Of a stretch of 64,000 nt of DNA, positions 50,449 to 63,005 are shown piece after piece. Source of the DNA: Macrostomum lignano (Eukaryota); assembly GCA_002269645.1 (NCBI GenBank), contig NIVC01003283.1:40569-104568 (forward strand), in the 5' to 3' direction. Below the pieces are notes generated by a model, which was not told the origin of the DNA, did not search any database, and saw only the letters and a program-made list of their open reading frames with translations. The translations under genes and the position numbers were made by a program. How positions within the stretch are numbered: position 1 is the first letter of the stretch; every line of letters begins with the position of its first letter.

Positions 50449-51027
50449 ATGCGCCCGCTAATCTCTTGCTGGCTCTTTGTAGCCGCTCTTTGTCTGACCG
50501 CCGTTGCCGTCAGCAACGCGAACTCCAACCTGGATGAAGACGATGACTACATTGGAGTAGCTCCTGAGCATGAGCAGCTCCGATACAACTCAAAAGGCCT
50601 CCGTAGAGATCTTCGTAAGTGGCAGTACAACGGCGGCATGTTCGGAAAACGGCAGTACAACGGCGGCATGTTCGGAAAGCGGCAGTACAACGGCGGCATG
50701 TTCGGAAAGCGGCAGTACAACGGCGGCATGTTCGGAAAACGGCAGTACAACGGCGGCATGTTCGGAAAACGGCAGTACAACAGCGGCATGTTCGGAAAAC
50801 GGCAGTACAACGGCGGCATGTTCGGAAAACGGCAGTACAACGGCGGCATGTTCGGAAAACGGCAGTACAACGGCGGCATGTTCGGAAAACGGCAGTACAA
50901 CGGCGGCATGTTCGGAAAACGGCAGTACAACGGCGGCATGTTCGGAAAACGGCAGTATAACGGCGGCATGTTCGGAAAACGGCAGTACAACGGCGGCATG
51001 TTCGGAAAACGGCAGTACGAAGAGTAA
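50449..51027 (+). CDS. Neuropeptide precursor, 192 aa, with 13 tandem amidated peptides of the QYNGGMF-amide type
   Basis: Signal-peptide-like MRPLISCWLFVAALCLTAVAVS, an acidic spacer, then 13 units of QYN(G/S)GMF-G-KR (30 nt each, 50623-51012). G-KR is the canonical amidation plus convertase cleavage signal. Confidence 0.93.
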   Translation: MRPLISCWLFVAALCLTAVAVSNANSNLDEDDDYIGVAPEHEQLRYNSKGLRRDLRKWQYNGGMFGKRQYNGGMFGKRQYNGGMFGKRQYNGGMFGKRQYNGGMFGKRQYNSGMFGKRQYNGGMFGKRQYNGGMFGKRQYNGGMFGKRQYNGGMFGKRQYNGGMFGKRQYNGGMFGKRQYNGGMFGKRQYEE

Positions 51028-51764
51028 ACTTTAAAGAGACGCGAACAGATAAAAATCTTATAATTCCATTAGCTACCGCTTGCGGTGAGCCGCATCAATG
51101 CGATGACCTGCGATTCAGCGGGACATTCCATGTGCTTGTTGTGCAATACCCTCGGCCTCTAACTTATTTCTTGGAAAATGACACTTCGATCTCTCTGAGA
51201 GAATAAGTAAAAAAGTGTTCAAGCACGATGTTCACAATCAAAAGCTAACACAATAAAAAAATCAAAATCTTTTGATTGAAGACAAAGCTTGCACCGAAGC
51301 GTACGTGGTTTGTGTGTTCCTAAAACTCAATGTTCATTCATCAAGTCACTTGACTTTTCTTAAGGTTTGAATCTTGAGCCATCTTCGCTGAAAACATTTG
51401 GGAATAGTTCTCTATTCTCAAGTTACATAGTACACTCAGCAACATGATAAAGTTTTTCACACCGAAACCAGTAGTCAAAATTTTCTCAGATCTACCCCAA
51501 GTGAGCAACTTACAACCACGCCCGCGGTTCTGGTCTCAACTGTAGCTGAGTGATGCAGGTTGCGTCACAAGGCCGTAGCTTAGGCTGGTGAGGAGAGAGT
51601 GGAGAGTTTTGGCTAGAGTTGAATTAATGTGCCGCTTGATGACCACTGGTTTCGGAAAGGAAACTTTTGCATGTTGCTGAATGTAGATCCTCTATCCTCT
51701 AGATGTAAATATACATCCTCTACCCCTTTTAAATGTGCATCCTTTCCAATCCTATGTGCACATT

Positions 51765-52100
51765 CTCTACCCCTCCAAATGTACATCCTCTCCCGCCCTA
51801 GTGCGAATTCTCTACCCCTCCAAATGTACATCCTCTCCCGCCCTAGTGCGAATTCTCTACCCCTCCAAATGTACATCCTCTCCCGCCCTAGTGCGAATTC
51901 TCTACCCCTCCAAATGTACATCCTCTCCCGCCCTAGTGCGAATTCTCTACCCCTCCAAATGTACATCCTCTCCCGTCCAAAGTGCGCATTCGCTACCCCT
52001 CCTAAATGTACATCCTCTCCCGTCCTAAGTGCGCATTCGCTACCCCTCCTAAATGTACATTCACTCCCGTTATAAGTGTACATTCTCTACCCCTCCTTAG
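51765..52100 (+). repeat. 45-bp minisatellite, about 7 copies
   Basis: Unit ctctacccctccaaatgtacatcctctcccgccctagtgcgaatt. Confidence 0.93.
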
Positions 52101-53164
52101 TGTATATACTCTATCCCCTCCGACTAAATTCTCTAGCCCTAAAAAGTACATAAAAGCCGAATACGAGTATAGGGTGATATCATGCTACAAACGAACCATA
52201 AACCATTCTATACAAGAACTTCATCTGCAGTATCTGCGACAAGTTAAGAAGCCACTGACAGTTCTTTTAAGCCTAGGCAAGCTAACGCACTCAATAGCCA
52301 AAGTCCACACAAGTCTAAATTTAAAGCCCACCCTCGCTGCTAAAGAGCCGTCCATTTATATTCAAACAGCAGCTGAAACTCCCCGGGGGACTGGAGCCGG
52401 CAACAAGAAAAACTTGATGGCCCATGAATTAAGCAACAGTATGTATAGTGCTGCAGCCTGTAGTGCTTAGAGCGGCACCCAGATGGACGGCAACTTGCTA
52501 TAAAACGGATCGTCTCGCATTGTTGACTTAGGAACTTTCCACTCGCTCGCTCACTAATTCATGCAGCCGGTTTTCTCACTTTCACTCTCGCCTCCGATTA
52601 ACCTGGGTGAGCCATGATATAATTATGGGAATATAAACTTGTGGCTGAGCCAGTATCGACCCTGCATGGCAACCGCCTTTCAGCAGCCCCAGAGGGCAGC
52701 TCTCAAGCAGTTTACTCGGTGCGTCACACCCACGCTTCGATGCCAGATTTCTTCCTCGTTCGCAGAAAGAAACGCGAAATTTTATAAGTTTTGCCCAAAG
52801 TCATGCGCGCACGCGATTGGAGACTGAAATTGGCCATTAAAAACATGAAATAGCTAAAAAAATTGCAGGAAACTTCGGCAGCGACTGCAGAGCGTAGTTT
52901 GGTTCTAATGAGAAAAACAGCACGTATCAGGCAAACGAATGCAGGGCCAGGAGCTCACGTGACTCGGTGGAGTAGCCTTGACTTACAGTTGCTTACTGTG
53001 CGGGAAGTGAGGACCGGGGACAAGTCTTATGGGGTTTCATCGTAGGGCGATTGTCTGTGATCAACAGGGCCAGCTTGAAGATTCTTATACATGCACATGC
53101 ATCCGTGAGGAGGGAAGTTATAATGGCGGAAGAGCGGTTTTAGGCAATGCGACATCAAAAACGG

Positions 53165-53305
53165 CGATTGTTCAGGGGATTGGGAGGGCGATTGTTCAGG
53201 GAATCAGGAGGGGCATTGTTCAGGGATCGGGAGGGCCATTAGGCAGGTTCAGGGCATTGGGAGGGTGATTGTTCAGGGGATCGGGAGGGCGATTGGTCAG
53301 GGGAT
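53165..53305 (+). repeat. About 24-bp degenerate G-rich tandem repeat, 5-6 copies
   Basis: Unit approximately gattgttcaggggatcgggagggc. Confidence 0.75.
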
Positions 53306-53887
53306 TAACGTAGTAAACTTCAAAGATAAAAAGGATAGCTTTTAAAACTATTTAGGAGTTGTTCATTCTGTGTGAATTGAATTGCAAAAAGATGTCAAGA
53401 AGGCAAAAATAGTTAAGCCAGATTTGAGAACACAAGACTTGCTGACTCAGAATGATAGGTCGCGTGCCGGCTGCTCTGTGGCGGCCAGCAACTGGGACCC
53501 GATGGCAGGCTGGCGCAATTAGCAGCCAGTGCCAGGGGTTGACAGAGACTTAAGGGAAAATCATCCCTGCCCAAGTCTATACCTGACTGTTCACGCTCCG
53601 CATGGGGGGGCGGCTGAGGTTTCAGTCTATGACAGAAGGCCAATTAAGCGTGCGTACATGTATTCTGGCAGGCATCAGCCTGGGCGTAGAAATTATAATC
53701 AACTATCAGAGTTCTTTTGCATGATTAGGAGTTCGGCAAGGTAGCTCAGGTGTGACTGGGCGAATATGCCAGATAAGAGAAGGCCGCTAAATTTCTTCTT
53801 TTGGAAGTTTGTCGGAGTTGAACTTAATTGCGCTGTATAGTAACTGGACCAAAATCGTAACTCGATATACGAATTCAGGAGCCTCTG

Positions 53888-54957
53888 CACACAGCTAGAC
53901 TTCATACACTCCCTGACACAAATCACAGCTAGATTTCATACACTCCCTGACACAAATCACAGCTAGATTTCATACACTCCCTGACACAAATCACAGCTGG
54001 AATTCATACACTCCCTGACACAAATCACAGCTAGATTTCATACACTCCCTGACACAAATCACAGCTAGATTTCATACACTCCCTGACACAAATCACAGCT
54101 GGAATTCATACACTCCCTGACACAAATCACAGCTAGATTTCATACACAGGCTGACACAAATCACAGCTAGATTTCATACACTCCCTGACACAAATCACAG
54201 CTAGATTTCATACACTCCGACACAAATCACAGCTAGATTTCATACACTCCCTGACACAAATCACAGCTGGAATTCATACACTCCCTGACACAAATCACAG
54301 CTAGACTTCATACACTCCCTGACACAAATCACAGCTAGATTTCATACACTCCGACACAAATCACAGCTAGATTTCATACACTCCCTGACACAAATCACAG
54401 CTAGATTTCATACACTCCGACACAAATCACAGCTAGATTTCATACACTCCCTGACACAAATCACAGCTGGAATTCATACACTCCCTGACACAAATCACAG
54501 CTAGATTTCATACACAGGCTGACACAAATCACAGCTAGATTTCATACACTCCCTGACACAAATCACAGCTAGATTTCATACACTCCCTGACACAAATCAC
54601 AGCTAGATTTCATACACTCCCTGACACAAATCACAGCTGGAATTCATACACTCCCTGACACAAATCACAGCTAGATTTCATACACTCCCTGACACAAATC
54701 ACAGCTATATTTCATACACTTCCTGACACAAATCACAGCTAGATTTCATACACTCCCTGACACAAATCACAGCTGGAATTCATACACTCCCTGACACAAA
54801 TCACAGCTAGATTTCATACACTTCCTGACACAAATCACAGCTAGATTTCATACACTCCCTGACACAAATCACAGCTATATTTCATACACTTCCTGACACA
54901 AATCACAGCTGGATTTCATACACTCCCTGACACAAATCACAGCTGGAATTCATACAC
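53888..54957 (+). repeat. 34-bp minisatellite, about 31 copies
   Basis: Unit tcacagctagatttcatacactccctgacacaaa. Confidence 0.97.
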
Positions 54958-55599
54958 AAAAGTAAAAAGCCAAAACATTCGAGCTTCTTTTTCGAGCGAG
55001 TTTAAATCAGAAAGTTTCCAGTAAATCTTTGATTTTATCCTGTAGCAGCTGGTCTATAATAGTTTGTATCGTCAATAATTTTGTTAACACAGACAGGACA
55101 AAAACGCGGTAAGGAAGTTGAGAATTTTTCGAATTCTTTTGAGAAACCGGCACTAACAAAATGCACAACAGCGGCACAGGCAATAAATTCGAATCATCAC
55201 TGTATCGTTCATCTCGAATGGAAATAATGGAATTAATTAAACGTTAAACACATAATAAAGTAGCGGTTAAACACGTTTTAACGCAATAAACAACATTTTA
55301 ATTAGCATACAACACCCAAAACCGTAGCGTGTACAGTAGAGTCTAAGGTACATCAAGCAATAAAAAACGCAGAAAATGAAATCATGTAATTTTAAAACTA
55401 GAGCCATAAAACCAACCAAATTATATATTTTTTCGTTTAACGTACACCAATAGCACAAAGAAAACACTGTATAAATAATGGAATACATTTAACAGTAGAA
55501 ATACCTTTTTAAACTCTCACTCTGTCATACTGTCGATATCGATTTTCCTACGCACAAGTTGCAATACAATTGACGGGCAACCTCACTCCCAACCCCTCC

Positions 55600-56782
55600 A
55601 TTTCTATCCGCCTTCTCTCCCTCTCTCTCCCTAGCCCCACTCTTCCTTATTATCAGCCTTCTCTCTCTCTCTCCCTAGCCCCACTTCCTTATTATCAGCC
55701 TTCTCTCTCTCTCTCTCTCTCTCCCTAGCCCCACTCTTCCTTATTATCAGCCTTCTCTCTCTCCCTAGCCCCACTCTTCCTTACTATCAGCCTTCTCTCT
55801 CTCTCTCTCTCTCTCTCTCCCTAGCCCCACTCTTCCTTACTATCAGCCTTCTCTCTCTCTCCCTAGCCCCACTCTTCCTTACTATCAGCCTTCTCTCTCT
55901 CTCTCTCTCTCCCTAGCCCCACTCCTCCTTACTATCAGCCTTCTCTCTCTCTCCCTAGCCCACTCTTCCTTACTATCAGCCTTCTCTCTCTCTCTCCCTA
56001 GCCCCACTCTTCCTTACTATCAGCCTTCTCTCTCTCTCTCTCTCTCTCTTCCTAGCCCCACTCTTCCTTACTATCAGCCTTCTCTCTCTCTCTCTCTCTC
56101 TCCCTAGCCCCACTCTTCCTTACTATCAGCCTTCTCTCTCTCTCTCTCTCCCTAGCCCCACTCCTCCTTACTATCAGCCTTCTCTCTCTCTCCCTAGCCC
56201 CACTCTTCCTTACTATCAGCCTTCTCTCTCTCTCCCTAGCCCCACTCTTCCTTACTATCAGCCTTCTCTCTCTCTCTCCCTAGCCCCACTCTTCCTTACT
56301 ATCAGCCTTCTCTCTCTCTCTCTCTCTCTTCCTAGCCCCACTCTTCCTTACTATCAGCCTTCTCTCTCTCCCTAGCCCCACTCTTCCTTACTATCAGCCT
56401 TCTCTCTCTCCCTAGCCCCACTCTTCCTTACTATCAGCCTTCTCTCTCTCCCTAGCCCCACTCTTCCTTACTATCAGCCTTCTCTCTCTCCCTAGCCCCA
56501 CTCTTCCTTACTATCAGCCTTCTCTCTCTCTCCCTAGCCCCACTCTTCCTTACTACCAGCCTTCTCTCTCTCTCCCTAGCCCCACTCTTCCTTACTATCA
56601 GCCTTCTCTCTCTCTCCCTAGCCCCACTCTTCCTTACTATCAGCCTTCTCTCTCTCTCTCCCTAGCCCCACTCTTCCTTACTATCAGCCTTCTCTCTCTC
56701 TCCCTAGCCCCACTCCTTACTATCAGCCTTCTCTCTCTCTCTCTCTCCCTAGCCCCACTCTTCCTTATTATCAGCCTTCTCT
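55600..56782 (+). repeat. Compound VNTR: variable (CT)n plus a constant core of about 31 bp
   Basis: The core ccctagccccactcttccttactatcagcctt alternates with (CT)n tracts of differing length. Confidence 0.97.
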
Positions 56783-56904
56783 CCGACTTTATATTTTGTT
56801 TAAATCATTTACTACTAAATCAACTTGCATGGATTCTTATTCCGTCATCAGCCTGACCTTTGTGACCTTCAGCATGACTAATTATAGAATAACTAACTAT
56901 AGAT

Positions 56905-59900
56905 TTATTCCTTTTTCAGCCGCAGCCGCTCGTTGATAATCTTGCACCGCTGGGCGCACTCGTCCGCGCTGCGGGAGCCCACGGCCGCAGCCACCTGATC
57001 CCAGCGCTCCTTCGTACCTTTGGGAAATTGTCTGAGCGCCGCCTCCAGCTTAGACTGCTCAGCCTGACTCCAGGCCCGAGTCCGCTGCTGAGCTTCATCT
57101 ATATCGTCTTCTTCTGCTTTAACGGTTACGCCTCTCTGCTGCTGCTTCTGGCGCTTATTTCGACGCCTTCGCTGCGCCCTGCCGGCGCCGCCATCCGAAT
57201 CGGCGTCGCTGTCAGAGTCCGATTCGCCGCACACCGCTGCCCCATCGGTGTTGACTTCGAAAGCGGCGTTGAGGCTGGCGGCAGCCTGGCGCCGCATCTG
57301 CTGCTCGGCCTCGCGAGCCCGGGCGGCCACGTCCGGCACGGCGCGATGCAGCAGGGCGGCGATTTTCTCCCAGCGGCCGGGCGTGCCGCTGGGGAATCTG
57401 GCAACTGCCTTGACCAGAAGCTGCTGCTCCGCCTCGCTCCAGGGACCCTCGACTAGAGCCGGCGGAGTCGTTGATTCCGCCTGGTCGCCGTTGCTGACGG
57501 CGGCTTTGACTGGCGGAGTCGGCAACGGCTGCTGCTGTTCTGCCAGCAATTGCTGCTGCACCTGGGCCAGTTGCTGCTCCCGGCGCTCGCGTTTCTGCTG
57601 CTTTCTCTGCTCCCGCCTGCGGGCCTCCTCGGCTGCGGCTTCCGCTTCCGCTTTGGCCGCCCGCTTCCGTTGCAGTTCGGCGTCGCGCCAATCGGCCAGG
57701 CTGTCCAGCGCCCAGCGGCAGGCGCCTGGCGCGCCAACAGCGCAGGCGTAGAGGCCGCGACCGATGGCCAACGGCAGGAGGTCCCGCCAGCCTGGGCCCA
57801 CTAGCGGCTCCTGTTCCAGCTCTTCTTCCAGTTGTTTCTGCTTTTTCTTGCTCTTCCGCCGGAATAGATCGTCGAATGCTAGTTTCCTTTCAATGTAGAC
57901 ACCCCACAGGACTAAATAGTGGCCGACTGTGAACGCCAAGCAGAACACCAGCATCACTTCCGCTAAGCTCATCTTGCGCCACTTCCGGTAATAAAACATC
58001 GGGGTGCGCCAGTCGGGCAGCCCATTGTCAAGGATCTCGTCGTACCTGGCCAGGGTAGAGGGCAGATGGGGAGGTTCAGACTCGATTCTCGGTTCTCGTG
58101 ATTGAAAAAAAAACTTTGAATCAGGCCTAGGAGTGATTCTTGGTTCCCGGGCGGTTCTTGATTTTGGTTACCAGCCTTTCTTGAAAATTAGCCAACCCCA
58201 CAACAGAGTGTACATGCCTGACGATGTACACCCTGTGTGAGCGTGTGCATGAGTGCGTGCACCGTTTGCAGGATGGTGTTGCCGAAGGCACTGCGCCAGG
58301 CTGCCCACAACCCAATTGCAAGTATTATTAGTAGGAGTTATTCTGAGAATATCTTATGAAAATTCATTTTCGGAATTGACACCGCCGAGATACTTGCGAG
58401 CTGGGCGGATCCCACCTGAGCGCTCGCAATAAGGTATCATTACTTTAGGCATGAGAAATTTCCAAACGCGTCACAAAATGGGGAATTGAAGTATTCGATA
58501 AAAAAGTACTTTTTCACCTGCTGGGATCAAAGCATAAAATTTGATGGACTTTTAACTTGATTAAAAGCTATTAACCGATTAAAAGGCATGTCATGTGCGT
58601 TACAATCAATATAATCACATAAAAGTTTTTAGCTTGTCTAGACACTTATATAGGACAATCGATAAATAAAAAATGGGGAAACACAAATGCTTGAAAGTAG
58701 ACGATTATAATTGTATGCGTAGCTAATAACTAGATATTAGGAATGGGCTATTGCGAGCGTAAACAATCCAATTAGAATCGCCGATGACACCCATTAAGAA
58801 TCGCCCACGACACAATGAGGAATCGCCCATGACACCATGAGGAATCGCCCATGACACCATGAGGAATCGCCCATGACACAAAGGAATCGCCCATGACACC
58901 ATGAGGAATCACCCATGACACCATGAGAAATCGCCCATGACACCATGAGGAATCACCCATGACACCATGAGAAATCGCCCATGACACCATGAGGAATCGC
59001 CCATGACACCATGACGTATCGCCCATGACACCATGAGGTATCGCCCATGACACCCATGAGGTATCGCCCATGACACAATAAGGAATCGCCCATGACACAA
59101 TAAGGAATCACCCATGACACCATGAGGAATCACCCATGACACCATGAGAAATCGCCCATGACACCATGAGGAATCCGCCCATGACACAATAAGGAATCGC
59201 CCATGACACCATGAGGTATCGCCCATGACACAATAAGGAATCGCCCATGACACCATGAGGTATCGCCCATGACACCCATGAGGTATCGCCCATGACACCC
59301 ATGAGGAATCGCCCATGACACCATGAGAAATCGCCCATGACACCCATGAGGAATCGCCCATGACACCCATGAGGAATCGCCCATGACACCCATTAGGAAT
59401 CGCCCATGACACCCATGAGGAATCGCCCATGACACCCATGAGGAATCGCCCATGACACCATGACGTATCGCCCATGACACCCATTAGGAATCGCCTATGA
59501 CACCATTAGGAATCGCCCATGACACCATTAGGAATCGCCCATGACACCATGAGGAATCGCCCATGACACCATGAGGAATCGCCCATGACACCCATGACAC
59601 CATGAGGAATTGCCCATGACACCCATGACACCATGAGGAATTGCCCATGACACCCATGAGGAATCGCCCATGACACCCATGACACCATGAGGAATTGCCC
59701 ATGACACCCATGACACCATGAGGAATTGCCCATGACACCCATGACACCATGAGGAATTGCCCATGACACCCATGACACCATGAGGAATTGCCCATGACAC
59801 CCATGAGGAATCGCCCATGACACCATAAGACATCGCCCATGACACTATAAGGACTCGATGCCATTAAATCAAACGCACCTCCGCCTCAGAGTTTCATCCT

Positions 59901-60186
59901 TGAGCACTTCATTGATGGCGTTGAGTTTGCGGAAATAATCCACAGTCTCATCGTCGTGCTTGTTCACCCGATCCGGGTGGTACTGCATCGACACCCGACG
60001 GAAGGCCCGTCGAATCTCCTGACTGCTGGCTTCACGTTTCGTGCCCAATAGATCGTAGAAATTGCCGTTGACCTCTTCAACTAAGTCGAATAGTTGCAGC
60101 TCGCGCTGGTCGAATGCGCTAACGGAGGGCGCGTGAGATAGCACTAGCAGAGTCAGTAGTAGCGAGGGAAGCGGCCACACCTTCAT
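56905..60186 (-). CDS. DNAJC1: DnaJ homolog subfamily C member 1 (MTJ1/ERdj1), 482 aa. Exons 60186-59879 and 58045-56905.
   Basis: Signal peptide, then a J domain with HPD (QYHPDR), then RRR|YDEILDNGLPDWRTPMFYYRKWRKMS, a transmembrane segment, and two SANT/Myb repeats (WSEAEQQLLVKAVARFPSGTPGRWEKIA and WSQAEQSKLEAALRQFPKGTKERWDQVA). Splice AG|gtgcgt...ccag|G. Confidence 0.95.
58790..59850 (+). repeat. 21-23-bp minisatellite in the DNAJC1 intron
   Basis: Unit gaggaatcgcccatgacaccat with variants. Confidence 0.96.
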
Positions 60187-60289
60187 GCCGATGGCTGCCT
60201 GGAATTTAGCATTTAATGAAAATGGCTTGTACGTTTCAAGTTAGAAAACTGTGAGCTGACGACGGAGAGGGTAATTCGTGATGAAGTGA

Positions 60290-60925
60290 TGGGAAGATGG
60301 AAAAACAGGGGAGGAGATAAGAGTGGAGAAGATGGGGAAGGGAGAAGAGATGAGGGGAAAGATGGGGAAGGGAGAAGAGATGAGGGGAAAGATGGGGAAG
60401 GGAGAAGAGATGAGAGGAGATGGGAAGGTAGAGGAGATGAGAGAAGATGGGGAAGGGAGAGAAGATGGGGAAGGGAGAAGAGATGAGAGGAGAAGATGGG
60501 GAAGGGAGAGAAGAGATTAGGGGAGAAGATGGGGAAGGGAAAAGAGATAAGAGGAGAAAAGATAGGGAAAGGAGGAGACAACTGGGGAGAAGATGGGGAA
60601 AGGAGCAGACAACTGGGGAGAAGATAGGGAAAGGAGCAGACAACTGGGGAGAAGATAGGGAAAGGAGGAGACAACTGGGGAGAAAATAGGGAAAGGAGGA
60701 GACAACTGGGGAGAAAATAGGGAAAGGAGGAGACAACTGGGGAGAAGATAGGGAAAGGAGGAGACAACTGGGGAGAAAATAGGGAAAGGAGGAGACAACT
60801 GGGGAGAAGATAGGGAAAGGAGGAGACAACTGGGGAGAAGATAGGGAAAGGAGGAGACAACTGGGGAGAAGATAGGGAAAAGAGAGGAGATAAGAGTGAA
60901 GAAGATGGGGAAGGGAGAAGAGGTG
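60290..60925 (+). repeat. Purine-rich low-complexity / degenerate tandem repeat upstream of DNAJC1
   Basis: Units gatggggaagggagaagaga and about 32-bp ggagacaactggggagaagatagggaaagga. Confidence 0.9.
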
Positions 60926-61849
60926 ATTTCGATTGAGATTTCACAAACCAAACTATATCTAAATAAACTCGAACTCTATGATGCTTCACAACCATTCTAC
61001 TCGTTCATAAGGCCATTCTGTAAGCTGATTTAGCCTCTTTAATACCCTGTTAATGCGTAGCAATCTAGCCAATATTCTCTACAGAAATATTTATGCACTT
61101 TTATCCAGTATAAAATCACTAAAAAACAGCGCAGGTTGCAACTAGGAAGAAAAGGCATGGGATATTAAAAATACAATTAAGACTCAAGCTGAAGCTTAAT
61201 TATCTGCTTATAAAGCTCAAGTTTATCCTGCTTTTTGGGAGCAGAAAAAATGATTGCAAGGAAAACAGAATAAAGGGCACGTATTTGCACTAATTAGCGG
61301 TGTTGTGCCGCAGTTAAATTTGCTGTTTGTATTTAAATGATCAAACGGGATTTCTGTTTCAAACACATTCAACCAAATGATACAAACAAATTATGAGCGA
61401 ATTAAAAACTAGTTTTAATGGTAATTAATTTGCAATTATAACTATGTTCTAGACTTGAAAGACAGGACAATGTAATAACAATGGATACAATATTTACATA
61501 GCAGAATAGATTTTCTGCACATCGGCCGTATGTGAATGAACCAAATTTCACTTCAAATCATCTTTTTGGACTGGGTGGGCGGCTAAACAAATGGAATTAC
61601 AATATGATATTACTGTGTAATTGCAACGATATGGATTAGTATTATATGATACAAAGCTTTATAATCGGTAACAAGACATTTGGGCCGAGTGAATTACAAA
61701 TTTAAAACAGAATTTCTATTCATAGCGCAGTAAAACATTTACCGGTTAGAGAGCATAGCAGACATGTACACAACCACGGCCTACGAAACTCCACCCTTGC
61801 GAGTGCACTAAAGCCGGTTTGCAAGGTCACAAGCTAGGTGGCAATTATC

Positions 61850-62850
61850 TGGGATTAGAAACCGATTCTCAGAGATGGGATGGCGATTATCTGGGATTAG
61901 AAGCCGATTCTCAGCGATGGGATGGCGATTATCTGGGATTAGAAGCCGATTCTCAGCGATGGGATGGCGATTATCTGGGATTAGAAGCCGATTCTCAGAG
62001 ATGGGATGGCGATTATCTGGGATTAGAAGCCGATTCTCAGAGATGGGATGGCGATTATCTGGGATAAGAAGCCGATTCTCAGCGATGGGATGGCGATTAT
62101 CTGGGATTAGAAGCAGATTCTCAGCGATGGGTTGGCGATTATCTGGGATTAGAAGCCGATTCTCAGCGATGGGTTGGCGATTATCTGGGATTAGAAGCCG
62201 ATTCTCAGCGATGGGTTGGCGATTATCTGGGATTAGAAGCCGATTCTCAGAGATGGGATGGCGATTATCTGGAATTAAAAGACGATTCTCAGAGATGGGA
62301 TGGCGATTATCTGGGATTAGAAGACGATTCTCAGCGATGGGATGGCGATTATCTGGAATTAGAAGCTGATTCTCAGAGATGGGATGGCGATTATCTGGGA
62401 TTAGAAGACGATTCTCAGCGATGGGATGGCGATTATCTGGGATTAAAAGACGATTCTCAGAGATGGGATGGCGATTATTTGGGATTAGAAGCCGATTCTC
62501 AGAGATGGAATGGCGATTATCTGGGATTAGAAGCCGATTCTCAGAGATGGGATGGGCGATTATCTGGGATTAGAAGCCGATTCTCAGCGATGGGATGGCG
62601 ATTATCTGGGATTACAAGCCGATTCTCAGAGATGGGATGGGCGATTATCTGGGATTAGAAGCCGATTCTCAGAGATGGGATGGCGATTATCTAGGATTAG
62701 AAGCCGATTCTCAGAGATGGGATGGCGATTATCTGGGATTAGAAGCCGATTCTCAGCGATGGGATGGCGATTATCTGGGATTAGAAGACGATTCTCAGAG
62801 ATGGGATGGCGATTATCTGGGATTAGAAGCCGATTCTCAGCGATGGGATG
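61850..62850 (+). repeat. 42-bp minisatellite, about 24 copies
   Basis: Unit gggatggcgattatctgggattagaagccgattctcagagat. Confidence 0.97.
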
Positions 62851-63005
62851 CTGATCTTTGGGGATTGGAGGGCGATTTTAGGGGTTTAGAGGGCGACTCT
62901 AGGGGATCGGATGGCGATTCTTTAGGATTAGAAGGCGATAGTCAGACAGGGGCTGAAATGATTCTAAATGGATTAGAAAAAATATTTATTACACTAGTTG
63001 CAGAG

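Noticed and set aside
50623-51012. 30-bp repeats as a CRISPR array or a non-coding minisatellite
   Set aside because: There are no spacers and the context is eukaryotic. The unit encodes a precise peptide-G-KR cassette in frame with a signal peptide.
60213-60995. 260-aa and 197-aa Ser/Pro/Phe/Leu-rich minus-strand ORFs
   Set aside because: These are translations of a polypyrimidine repeat upstream of the DNAJC1 acceptor at 60199.
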